64,000 bases of DNA from Veleropilina oligotropha (taxonomy: Eukaryota). Shown here in pieces: positions 11,933-23,198 of this stretch. Position 1 is the first letter of the stretch; every line of letters starts with the position of its first letter. The stretch spans positions 434,001 through 498,000 of the forward strand of contig JBEUKZ010000006.1 of assembly GCA_048128005.1 (NCBI GenBank). The letters are read 5' to 3'. The position numbers and the translations under genes were made by a program. The notes under the pieces were generated by a model, which saw only the letters and a program-made list of their open reading frames with translations, did not search any database and was not told the origin of the DNA.

Positions 11933-11950
11933 TGGTAGCAGAGCGTGGTT
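11933..11950 (+). other. Primer binding site, initiator tRNA-Met type (TGGTAGCAGAGCGTGGTT)
   Basis: Starts 2 nt after the 5' LTR; complementary to the ..CUCUGCUACCA 3' end of animal tRNAiMet. Confidence 0.85.
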
Positions 11951-11971
11951 AGGTTTTATTGGATTATAACT

Positions 11972-14900
11972 ATGACATCTGATCCAAGTGGTGTGTCTCC
12001 ATTAGATAGTGCAAGTGCTGATATGTCGGATATACCAGAAGACAACGCAATGGAAATAGATGTTGAACTGTTGAAGCAAACAAAGTCCAAAGCCAAGGCG
12101 GCATTTACGAGGACACAGAATCGTCTATTGTTGTTATTAGACGAAGTACCCAGTCGGCGACAGGTACGCGAATTCATGATGAAACTCAGCTTGTGTCAGG
12201 AAAGCACAATGGATACGATGACATCGTTATCTGACGCATATTCTAAGCCAGGTAACAGATTGGGCATCCGGAATATCAGTGAAGAAATGGAAACGCTTGT
12301 CAGTAAGTTCACTGAAGCACACGATCGCGTCCAGGAATATTTAGATTCCAGAAAGGAAGAAGCATCAAGTGTTGTGTCGGATTTATCCATGGTGAGTACC
12401 CGTAGAAGAAAATCCACACAAAGAGAAGATGATGCAGGTAAGAGAGAATTTAATATAGAAAATTCACTAACACATGTTGGTACTAACAGAATGCCTAACG
12501 TGCCAGATAGTACCACTCGAATGAACGTTGCACCTCAACAGTCCGCCACAAGTCTCCAGACAGAACCTGAGCGAAATACAACAGGTCACCCGTCAATTGG
12601 TCAGGACTTGTGGAGGCAACTACAGCGAGTGGCCATTCCTGTATTCTCCGGGAACAAGAACGCATATGGTAATTGGAAATCGGCATTCACGGCATGTATC
12701 GACCAACCACCCGCTACGCCAGAGTACAAACTCCTGCAGCTTCGTCAGTACCTAACAGGAGAAGCGTTAAAGGTAATCGAGAACCTCTGACATTCGGCGG
12801 CGGCGTATGAAGCGGCAAAGGACAGACTAGAACGCAAATACGGCGGAAGAAGACGACAAATTGCTCTATTCATAGAAGAGTTGGAAAACTTCAAACCTAT
12901 AAGATCTGGGGTTGCGAAAGATGTAGAAAGTTTTGCAGACGTATTAGACATAGCGGTCATAAATCTTAAAGAAGCTGGAAGATTTGAAGAGTTAGGGAAT
13001 GGCTCACTCTACAGCAAGCTGCAGACAAAGATGACGGAAGGTATGCTCACACAATATCATCGCTGGGTGTATGAAAGATGCAGGGATGAGTCCGTTGAAA
13101 CTCTCCGAGAATGGGTGTTACAAGAGGCGGAGTTTGAGACTATAGCATCGGAAACCATCAAAGGGCTTGAAGAAACCAGTGTAAGCGGCTACCAGAGATC
13201 CAATCAACGCAGCAACAGGTGCAACAATCAAACGTTATTTGGAGAAGACAGAAGTCCCAAACAGGACAAGCGACATCCATGTAAAGTCTGCAACGGTCGG
13301 CATGCTATTTGGAAATGCGACGAGTTTAAAGCCATGAGCGTAGACCAGAGATGGAAGTCGGCAAGGCAGTTCCACCTGTGCTTCCGGTGTCTAGGAGATG
13401 ATCATCAGGGTTCATCGTGCTCTTGGAAGAAGGGATGCGGTATCGATGGTTGCGCGCAGACGCATAATAGGCTGCTGCACGCAAATCGTGATCGCACTAC
13501 AAAACAGACAGGCCAGAAGACTGCAGGTGACAGAACCAGGCATGAAAGAGCGAACCGGACAGAGGATCAGTTTGTTGCATGATCAATTTGGCCCAGGCAA
13601 CAGACCCAGTTCTCCCATGGAAGAGGAGCATTCGGATAGGCGAGAGAGATCACATACCACAACAATGGCTTCGAAGAAAGTGGATAGTGATGCATATTTA
13701 GCACTCAGAAAACAGTACCAGTAATACTGAAGAATGGAAATCGCAGCATAATTGTTAATGCGCTCCTGGATGATGCCAGTACCAGAACGTACATAAATTC
13801 TGATGTCGTGGCAGAATTAGGAATTCAGGGCAAACTCCAAAAGATTTCCATAAATGTCGTCAACGGCAGGATCGAGACGTTTGAGACTATGCCGGTGGAG
13901 GTGACCCTTCAAAGCTTAGATGGTACAGTCAAGCGGCATGTAGCAGCATTAACAACAGAACAAGTTACTGGTAAAATGCAAGTCATTAATTGGACAAAGC
14001 ATGCTAGCAATTGGTCGCACTTGAGAGATATCAACTTTCCTACCGCCAGTTCAAGACCATTCGTGGATATGCTGATAGGAGTAGATTATGCTGATCTACT
14101 ATACTCCGTACAAGACGTCAGAGGAAATCCTGGAGAACCGATTGCTCGACTCACTCCCTTAGGATGGACTTGCGTCGGCAACCCTTACGGGAATCAAGGG
14201 GTGACGATACATACCATTTTCAATCGAACATTCCTTATGCATGATCATTCAATCATAGACGAGACGAATGATCTGCTTCGCAGATTTTGGGATATTGAGA
14301 GTATCGGTGCTCTCCCGAAAACCGAGATTTTGAAAAAAGAAGACCAGATAGCTGTACGGAAACTTGAAGAGTCGATTATCTACCAGAACGGCCGTTATCA
14401 AGTCGCAACTCCCTGGAAGGATGATGCACCAGACTTGCCAAACAATTACGGAATGGCACTTCGTCGTCTGGGCAACACAGAGAAAAGATTGATGAAAGAA
14501 CGGGACGTTGCAGAGAAGTATTCCGATATCATCAGATCATATGAAGAGAAGGGATACATAAGTAGAGTTGAACAAGATTTCCAAGACAACGACGAGTGGT
14601 ATTTGCCACACTTCCCAGTCATTAGAATGGATAAAGCAACAACAAAAGTTCGAATAGTTTTTGACGCTTCTGCAAAGTATGGAGATGTTTCTTTGAATGA
14701 TGCTGTTCTGCAAGGACCAAAGCTGCAACGCGACTTAATCGATGTCTTGATTCGATTCAGAAGATATCCCATTGCTTTGATGTGCGACATTGCAGAAATG
14801 TATTTGCGAATCGAAATAGCACCAAAAGAAAGATGTTACCACAGGTTTCTTTGGAGAGACATGGACAAGGATGCAGTTCCGACGATATACGAATTTAATA

Positions 14901-17662
14901 GAGTCGTATTAGGTGTCAACTCCTCTCCATTTCAAGCTCAATTCGTGGCTCAGAAGCATGCTGAGAAGAATAAAGAGAGAAGCCCTCGAGCAGCCGAAGT
15001 AATCCTGAAGTCAACGTATATGGACGATAGTATGGATTCTGTGGAGGATGAAAAAGAGGGAATAGAGTTGTACAAACAACTTTCCGACCTGTGGGAAAGC
15101 GCTGGCATGCACGCTCGGAAGTGGCTTTCCAATTCAACTGCAGTTCTGGAAAGAATTCCAGAAGAGGATCGGGTCGTGGAAATAGACTTGAACAAAGGAA
15201 GCCTACCAGCAATGAAGACTCTTGGAGTATTGTGGAAGGCTGGTGAAGATACGTTCACCTTTAACATTAACCCGCCAGATGAAGGATTTCACCTGACAAA
15301 ACGGAACTTCCTAAGAAAGATAGCAACCATGTTTGATCCGTTGGGATTCTTAGGTCCGTTTTGCGTCCGGGCTAAGATCTTACTTCAGAAGACGTTGATG
15401 GCTTGAATAGATTGGGATGAGGAACTTCCAGAAGACTTAGCAGCCAAGGCTTGGAAATGGTTCTCCGAGCTAACCCAGTTGAAGCAAGTCAACGTTCCTC
15501 GATGTTTGAGGATTGAAGAAATTGTCATCTCAGAAGATCTGCACGTGTTTGTTGATGCTTCCCAAGATGCCTACGGGGCGGGAGCATACATCAGGTGTGA
15601 ATATCAAAGCGGTTTGGTTACCTGTCGATTAGTCGCTTCAACGACACGTGTTGCGCCCCTCATAGCGGTTAGCATTCCACGTTTGGAGTTAATGGCGGCT
15701 ATCCTGGGGTTGAAACTGGCAGAAGTCATCGCAAGAGTGATGGATAAGAAGATACAAGACACTGTCTTTTGGTCGGACAGTATGAACGTATTGTGGTGGA
15801 TCCGAGGGTGCAGTCGTCAATACAAACCATTCGTAGCGAATCGTATCGGAGAAATCCATAGACTTACGAATCCAGAACAGTGGTGATATGTCCCTACCGA
15901 GAGGAATCCTGCAGATCTCGTGACACGTGGTATATCTGCATCAGATCTGAGTCAGTTGGACGTATGGTGGAATGGTCCGCAGTTTTTGAAAGAAAACGAA
16001 TCAGACTGGCCTAAAAATATCGTGGAAAAGGTTCAAGCCACGAAAGAAGAAAGAAGTTCACGTCAACAGCGTTCTTCAATGGAAGTTACGTTCCATACGC
16101 AGAAGAACACAGACCTCACGGTGCCAAGTGATGAAGATAATAGTCCCACCTGGCGTCTGAATCCAGAAAGATTTTCCAGTTGGGCGAAACTGAAGAGGAT
16201 ACATGGATTGGTTATCCGGTTCGTGGATAACTGCCGTCTTCCAAAATCCGAGAGATCAACTGGAGAGCTGCTTACAGAAGAAATAGCAGATGCTGAAGTT
16301 CGAATTATCAAACAAGAACAGAATAAATCTTACCATGTAGAGTATGCTGCACTGAAGAACGAAAAGAGACTACCAAACAATAGCAAGTTGCTATCGTTAA
16401 ACCCGAAATTGGACGAAGATGGGCTAATGCGATCGGACAGCCGGTTGATAAATGCTGAATATCTGGCATATGATGTTCGCTATCCGGTCATACTGCCACG
16501 AAAGAATCACGTAACGAAGCTCATCGTGAAACACTACCATGAAGAAGGAAGACATGTCATTGGAACCAACCATTTGCTGTCCAACCTGGCTGCATATTAT
16601 TGGATAGTTTCGGGTCGAGAAGAAGTTCTGGAATGGGAAAAAGAATGCATGGAATGTCGTCGCAGAAAATCTAAAGCTGCTACGCAAATTATGGCACCAC
16701 TTCCAGATTTTCGTGTAAGGAAGCCGCTACACGCATTCGCTCGAACAGGCGTAGACTACGCAGGGCCGTTTATCACCACTCAGGGCAGAGGAAAACGACG
16801 ACAGAAGCGTTACCTTTGTCTGTTCACGTGTTTGACAACCAGGGCGGTTCATTTAGAAATGGCATATGGATTGGATACCGACTCATTCCTGAATGCTTTC
16901 TACCGCATGGTCAATCGAAGAGGTCTCACGACAGAGATGATTTCCGACAACGGAGGTAATTTTGTAGCCGGTAACAAAGAGTTACGGGAATTGGTGAAGA
17001 AGATCGACCAAGATAAAGTTGTAGGACTCACAGCAAACAAAGGGATCAAATGGAATTTTAATCCACCATTGTCTCCGCATTTCGGCGGAGTATTCGAAAC
17101 CATGATAAAAGCTGCAAAGAGAGCGATCAACGCGATTCTTGCTGATGCAGCGATAACAGATGAAGAGCTCACTACTGCATTTACTGGTGCAGAGGCGCTT
17201 ATCAACTCAAGGCCATTGACGTACCAGTCTGCTGATCCAAAGGACGACCTACCGCTGATGCCAAATCACTTCCTTCACGGTCAAGTTGGTGGTCAGTTTG
17301 CTCCACAATCGGTGGACGAAACAGATTTCAGTCCCAGAAAAAGGTGGCGGCGATTACAGGAGCTGGTTCGCCACTTTTGGCATCGTTGGCTCCGAGAATG
17401 GCTCCCAAGCCTCGGGTCCAGGAAGAAATGGTTGCGTCCCCAGCGAGACGTCAAAGTTGGTGATGTCGTCTTAGTCATTTCTCCAGACACCACGAGAGGA
17501 CATTGGCCGCTTGGGAGAGTAATCGAAGTCTTTCCAGGGAAAGACAATCATGTGCGTGTCGTAAAATTGCAAGTTGGGCGCAGTGTGATTACGAGATCCC
17601 TCAGTAAAATCTGTCCATTGGATCTTGTTATCAACAATTCTGACAATGATAGTGCAGTGTAA
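11972..17662 (+). pseudogene. BEL/Pao gag-pol polyprotein, disrupted
   Basis: In-frame TGA at 12788, 15404 and 15884, and frameshifts near 13560-13580 and ~13715. Domains run Gag-knuckles-PR-RT-RH-IN (HHCC, DYAGP, SDNG, GGVFE). Confidence 0.9.
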
Positions 17663-18316
17663 AGTGGGGCAGAATAATCCCCTAGACCTGAGGACAGTCT
17701 ATCCCGTGATGGTCTAATTCAGTGAATTTAATAATGTACAGTTTCTTTGACATTGGTGCATTTTGGATTACTACTTGGACATTTTATGGATTACTGGAAG
17801 AAAATTATGACTTTTCCGACCATGAACTTACGTTGGGAAGTATATTTATGGACTCTCTAGATGGTGTAAAAGATTAATGCAAAATTAATTAATTATTCAC
17901 TTATTCATTTGAGTGCTCATTATAATCATATAAACTTGGAAGTAATTCAAAGAAGATAAAATTCGAAACTTTAAATAGTTTTTAATATTGGTCATGGAAA
18001 AGTATTTACATTGCACCTTAAGCTTTTATCAGTATTTCTGATTCTTAATTAGTGTTACTTATTTTATTCGAGTAAGCCGTAAGGCAATTATAGTATTGTA
18101 GTAATATTTTATTATATAGTATATGATTATATCATATTATATAAATTGAATGAATAGGAGTTGATATTATTAATAGACTTCGTAATATAGGTGTTATAAA
18201 ATCGTATTAGCCAATTATGACGCAATCAGCCAAGTCTTATTTAACTTTCGTATAGTTTACTATTTTAAATTGTGATTATAGTGTTGGTTCAATTGTTGAC
18301 ATGCCTGTGGCATATC

Positions 18317-18330
18317 AAGGAAGAGGAGAA
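18317..18330 (+). other. Polypurine tract of the BEL/Pao element
   Basis: AAGGAAGAGGAGAA directly precedes the 3' LTR TG. Confidence 0.85.
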
Positions 18331-18763
18331 TGGATAAAAGGGAAATAGCATTGCTCTTTTAATTGTCAGACAGTGTGTGTATGGCTGGTTTCCATTCCAG
18401 TGAAAACAAATTGGTAACTTGATGCAGTCTTGTCCATTGGCAGATGTCCTCTTGTCAACTTTGGGGTTAATGACTTTCGCAGATAAGCCTGGCTGATGCA
18501 GAATAAATTGGCTGTAGGAAACATAATAGTTTAGTGTCTACTAGAAATTTAGTGTTGCTGGATACTCATGTATGTATGTTAGTTTAGTAAAATATTTAAC
18601 CATCATCAAAGGCTTGCGTTGTTCCAATAATAGTGGAACGGAGTACCTGCTGGACAGAATCTTGAATTGTTATAATTACACAACCGAGTTAATAAGATCC
18701 AACTTCGTAATAGGACACAATAATCGTGTGTCCCAATAGAGAACGTTATTGGTCTCAAGACTA
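18331..18763 (+). repeat. 3' LTR of the BEL/Pao element (433 bp)
   Basis: Direct repeat of 11483-11930. Confidence 0.93.
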
Positions 18764-20345
18764 CTTATTTCATTTACAGAGATGCTAGCTTTCTGAAAAT
18801 TTATAGATCAACTAACCCCATCAAGGGTAGATCAATTTCAAATATTGGGGATTTTTTGAAACCTTGATTTAAAACATAGTCTCTGCATGTATGGAATTTA
18901 TAAATTTTATCTGAAACTTCACAGACCAACTAACCACAATGTGATAGTGGGATGGATAATGAGAATTATTTAATTTACTTGAAGTATTTACACTTAGTCT
19001 CTGGGTGCATATCTATCTCTGTAGCCTCTGGTGGCAGGAAATCTTGCTTAATTAATGAATTCTCATTGAGTTAATGAGTACACAGCGGGCAAAAATATAT
19101 ATGTGGTCAATAATACGGGCGGGGGACAATCGCCACTTAGTGGCAATCACTTGTTCATTTTGAAGTAGGGTAATTATGCCACACATATTTTGAGGCTAAT
19201 TACACACTAATTTCATTAAATATATGCTGAATCTTACCATTTTGTTTATGTGTTAATGACATAGCATACTTATATCTGATAGGCCCTATTTCGTATATTT
19301 ATTATTAGTGACAATTTTGGTAGATTTTTAACTTTGTGAAATGTGCGAAATGCGAAATTAAGTTGTATTTATATCTGACATAGATATTTCTAGGGTAACG
19401 ACAAATCAGTTGCCAACTTGATATTGTGTACTTCAACTTACTACAGTATTACATTTCACTTGGTCATGCAGTGAAGAACAATAACAGTGAAATACTCTCA
19501 ATGAAAACTTTAATAATATTAAAATTGCCAATTACCTCCAAGGTTCGACAAGATAATACATGTTACCAGATAGCCATATTGTTTATACAAGATAATACAT
19601 GTTACCAGATAGCCATATTGTTTATACTTCAATTTAGGTGAAAGATTTGTTCTTCAAAGGCATATTGTGCTGATACGACGTCACAATACCTTCCTTGGTT
19701 CATGCGCCTCTCAGCATTATAGTCGAGTTGTGGATAGTATCGGTACATGTATTATGTTATTAAATATAATTGTCAGTGTCAACCAGTATCCATCCAGATC
19801 GACGACTGAAATTGACAGTGAGGTGGAGGGTGGTTGGTCTATGGGTTCGATTCCTACACTGGCGTGGCTTATTCAAACTCATAAAACAACCAATTGAAAC
19901 AGGGTTTCCTCCAAGTGAAAACTCTTGAGTGGTTATCCTCCCACCAACTTATGCAATTGATCAGAAAAATGTCTACATTTGCCCTCTTAGAACCCATAAG
20001 AGACCACTTCAGAGTGAAGAAAATCAATTTCTCCCTATGCATCGGGGAACTTCAAGTTGACCTAAGAAACCTCCCACTTTTTTCATTTCTTCATTTTTTC
20101 ATTTAAACTTGAGGTTAAAAAAGAGGCGTTAAAATGAAGTTCCGCCAACTAATACAAGTGGAAATGTGATCATCAAACTTAACCTAATCGGACCTGGTAT
20201 CGAGTATTTGATGTCTGCATCCAAATTCACATATTGTACTTATCTCTACCAGGATAACACTTAATTTGAGAAGTTTGTGTGACACATGTGGCATTATCGA
20301 TAAAATTACAATCATGGTCTCTTACCAGCCCTCATCCATTTTCAG

Positions 20346-20443
20346 GGCAGAGTTATTAATACTGGAAAACTCTAGGCTGAAGAAGCAGCTGGAGGCGTCC
20401 CTGGATTACGGCAGCCGACCCCACACGCCACCTAGCTACACAG
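20346..20443 (+). CDS. NEK2: NEK2 exon 7 (AELLILENSRLKKQLEASLDYGSRPHTPPSYT)
   Basis: TTTTCAG| acceptor completes AG+G = Arg, matching the NEK2 RAENLL segment; CAG|GTAGGG donor is in phase 1. Confidence 0.85.
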
Positions 20444-20586
20444 GTAGGGCTGTGCAGCAGAAAGCTCTGTCGCCAATCATGGCCGAATGTTACGATAAAA
20501 TGCGCCGATCACCATCGCATCCAGAAACAAAACACAGCAGAGCGTATTCACATAGAAAACCATTGACAAACATTGAAAAAAATTAA
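20444..20586 (+). CDS. NEK2: Possible NEK2B-like alternative C-terminus by read-through into intron 7
   Basis: The frame stays open past the donor (GRAVQQKALSP..RKPLTNIEKN*) with coding-like composition; ATTAAA overlaps the stop and AATAAA follows at ~20996. Confidence 0.5.
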
Positions 20587-21027
20587 ATGTCATCCACCTT
20601 AGTTTTTTGCTTGTTGCATGTTTTCTGTACTGCTTCTTCTTTTAGTTATGCTTTGCCAATTATCTGTGCCTTTTTATAAGTAGCTATTTAATTGTTAGTT
20701 TTAAATCACCTGCATGTGTGTGACTTTCAATTCATTCATGGTTTGAAGTGACGGAAGTGGTTATTATAGTCAACTTAAAGCAAATTCAGGTCAAATTTTT
20801 TAAGCTAATATGTGTGCCTTGAGTAAGCATGCAGGTGATTTTTTTACTAACATTGTGATGCATTTTGCTTTGCTATTAATTTGTGCTGATCTGCTGTGTT
20901 GTACAATAACAAGGGCATGATACCTTTAGGTTTTAGCAATTAATATTTTCTATTTTACATAAAAATAGTATCATATTTACAAATTTAAAAATAATAATAA
21001 ATACCAGTTAACGATCTGTATAATAAC

Positions 21028-21472
21028 GAGACTATTACCCGTAAATGCGCTCTTTTCATGACTGTGTAGCATGACTGATCACCCTCTATCGTACGGTTTG
21101 CTCAGATTGATACACATTTCGTGAAGATATGATCGATATATGATCAAATGATATACTAGTACTTTTATTGAAATTATTATTGTAACTGGGCAATATATAT
21201 TATTGTCAAGTAGAAAGCTATCTTGATCAGCAGAAACCTACGCAACACTCCAACTATGTCAATTGGAAATGTCACTCGGTGCGAGGTAATTAAACGCAGA
21301 CTGCGTTTCATTATTTTAAAATCTTCATTAGCGATTTATTTAAACAGTGGTAAATTACTGACGATAGTTAATCGAGGAAAATTCTTAACTTTTTGTGTTA
21401 TAAACAAAAAGTGTAATGCAGTCATTTTTCTATTCAATGAAAAAAAAGAGCGCATTTACGGGCAATAGTCTC
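21028..21472. mobile_element. MITE with 29-bp TIRs
   Basis: GAGACTATTACCCGTAAATGCGCTCTTTT ... AAAAGAGCGCATTTACGGGCAATAGTCTC; a second copy lies at 2546-2967. Confidence 0.85.
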
Positions 21473-22878
21473 AAGATCTTGAATAGCTTCAGCTTTGAAT
21501 ATTTCAATTCTTTGGTGAAACAGATGTGGTGTCCTTAGTATCTCATGCTCATGGATACATTGGTCAGTTAGTGCTCATTATGCTTGATCATCATAGCTTA
21601 TTCTATTATTTCCTCGCTTGCTTGTAGCTTCATCTGTATATATATATAGAATCATGCATGTAAATATACTACCATAACCTACTATATATATACTATTCAT
21701 TTATTGTTTTCATCATTATTTATATCCTATCATTTGTTTCCATTTTATGTTTCTCATTCCACGATGTACATATTCAGTTTGCATTCATTTCATAATGTCA
21801 TTGTATATCATGTTAAATACGGAACAAAAATAATATGACATATAATTTGAGGGGTTTAATGGTAATAGTTAAGCATTTGGCATTAATTGTTTATATAATA
21901 AATATTGGTCAAATTATTTTGCTTTTCACATTTATTTTCTTTAAGTACTAATTTTTAGATGCATGTTTTGTAGAACCCTTCTTGAACTAGATAGTACAGG
22001 CTTACTAGATGCCATTCAGATCCTCGCACTGTATTATCACTGTCATAATCTGCAGCCATTAAAACATGATCTAAAACATAATATGTTCATGCAATGACAA
22101 CAGCTATACATCTACAAGTTTTATCTTAAGCCTGGCACATGCAAGACCTATATCCTTAGTCGAAATTCATTCGTGGCCAATTGCCTCAGCAGATAGCTTC
22201 CGTATATGATCACTTTTATGAGAGATCAGTCGCCAAATTTCTGTCATGTGTGAAAAAGACTTTACAGAGTGCATGCACTAAATGAAAGCTAACTACTTCT
22301 GCATAATGCTTAGAGCGCATTGGTGTTCAGTTGTGCTTTGTTGTTCGCACGGCTTGTCTAAATAACCACGCCCATAGACAATAGCTCGACAGCAGCATCT
22401 TCGTGATTCATCAATGTCAAATTCTTCTACATCCAAGTATGAGGCGATATTGTTATTCATTATGCTATTATGTCATCCGTGCCGGAGGTGTATGAGAGGA
22501 GCATACCCACAGACATAAACTTGATGGTCGATTATGAGATGTCAGGCAAGGTGTATTTTTTAACCCCATTCAGGAGTTGAGTGCCGATGATCCAGAGAAA
22601 GTTTTGCAGTATCATCGGCTTGATAACGTTTGTCTTCTACAATTGCCTCGGACACAAACTGTATGGGCGCTTTCACTGTGAAATGTCATGTGATCAAGCA
22701 CGGCATGCATGCACTCTAAGCACAAGCTTTCGTTCAGCGCACACGGTAAGATTTTGTCCTCACATGACAGAAATTATCGAACAAGTTGGATATTTGACTT
22801 TTGGCGATAAATGACATAAATCTCTCATAAAGTGGATCGTAGATGAAAGCTAATCAGAACTGAAGGTTCTCGTGTGCG

Positions 22879-23198
22879 CCAGGCTTTAGTGATGGAGCAT
22901 TGTAGCAGGTAACACCAGGCTGTAGTGATGGAGCATTGTAGAAGGTAACACTAGGCTGTAGTGATGGAGCATTGTAGCAGGTAACACCAGGCTGAGCGAT
23001 GGAGCATTGTAGAAGGTAACACCAGGCTGTAGTGATGGAGCATTGTAGCAGGTATCACCAGGCTGTAGTGATGGAGCATTGTAACAGGTAACACCAGGCT
23101 GTAGTGATGGAGCATTGTAGCAGGTAACACCAGGCTGTAGTGATGGAGCATTGTAACAGGTAACACCAGGATTTAGTGATGGAGCATTGTAACAGGTA
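22879..23198 (+). repeat. Minisatellite, ~9 x 36 bp (CCAGGCTGTAGTGATGGAGCATTGTAGCAGGTAACA)
   Basis: Tandem units with minor variants and one short deletion. Confidence 0.93.

Larger units (their letters stand above)
11483..18763 (+). mobile_element. Full-length BEL/Pao LTR retrotransposon in NEK2 intron 6, sense orientation
   Basis: Paired LTRs, PBS and PPT. Single gag-pol with three Cys/His knuckles, protease LLDDAS, RT YMDD, RNase H DAS, and integrase last. Confidence 0.95.
9582..19155 (+). mobile_element. Helentron-associated non-autonomous element (HINE/DINE-like) with ~180-bp internal tandem repeats; interrupted by nested insertions
   Basis: 5' TTGTCCC..GGGGACA palindrome followed by a GTCC-type microsatellite; 180-bp units at 9721, 9901 and 10081 continue at ~10920 and after 18764; 3' GGGGGACA plus GCCACTTAGTGGC hairpin and CTTGTT. 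Confidence 0.65.

Noticed and set aside
12788..15886. Three in-frame TGA codons as programmed readthrough or selenocysteine
   Set aside because: They replace expected Gly/Arg codons by single substitutions, and frameshifts co-occur, so simple decay explains them.
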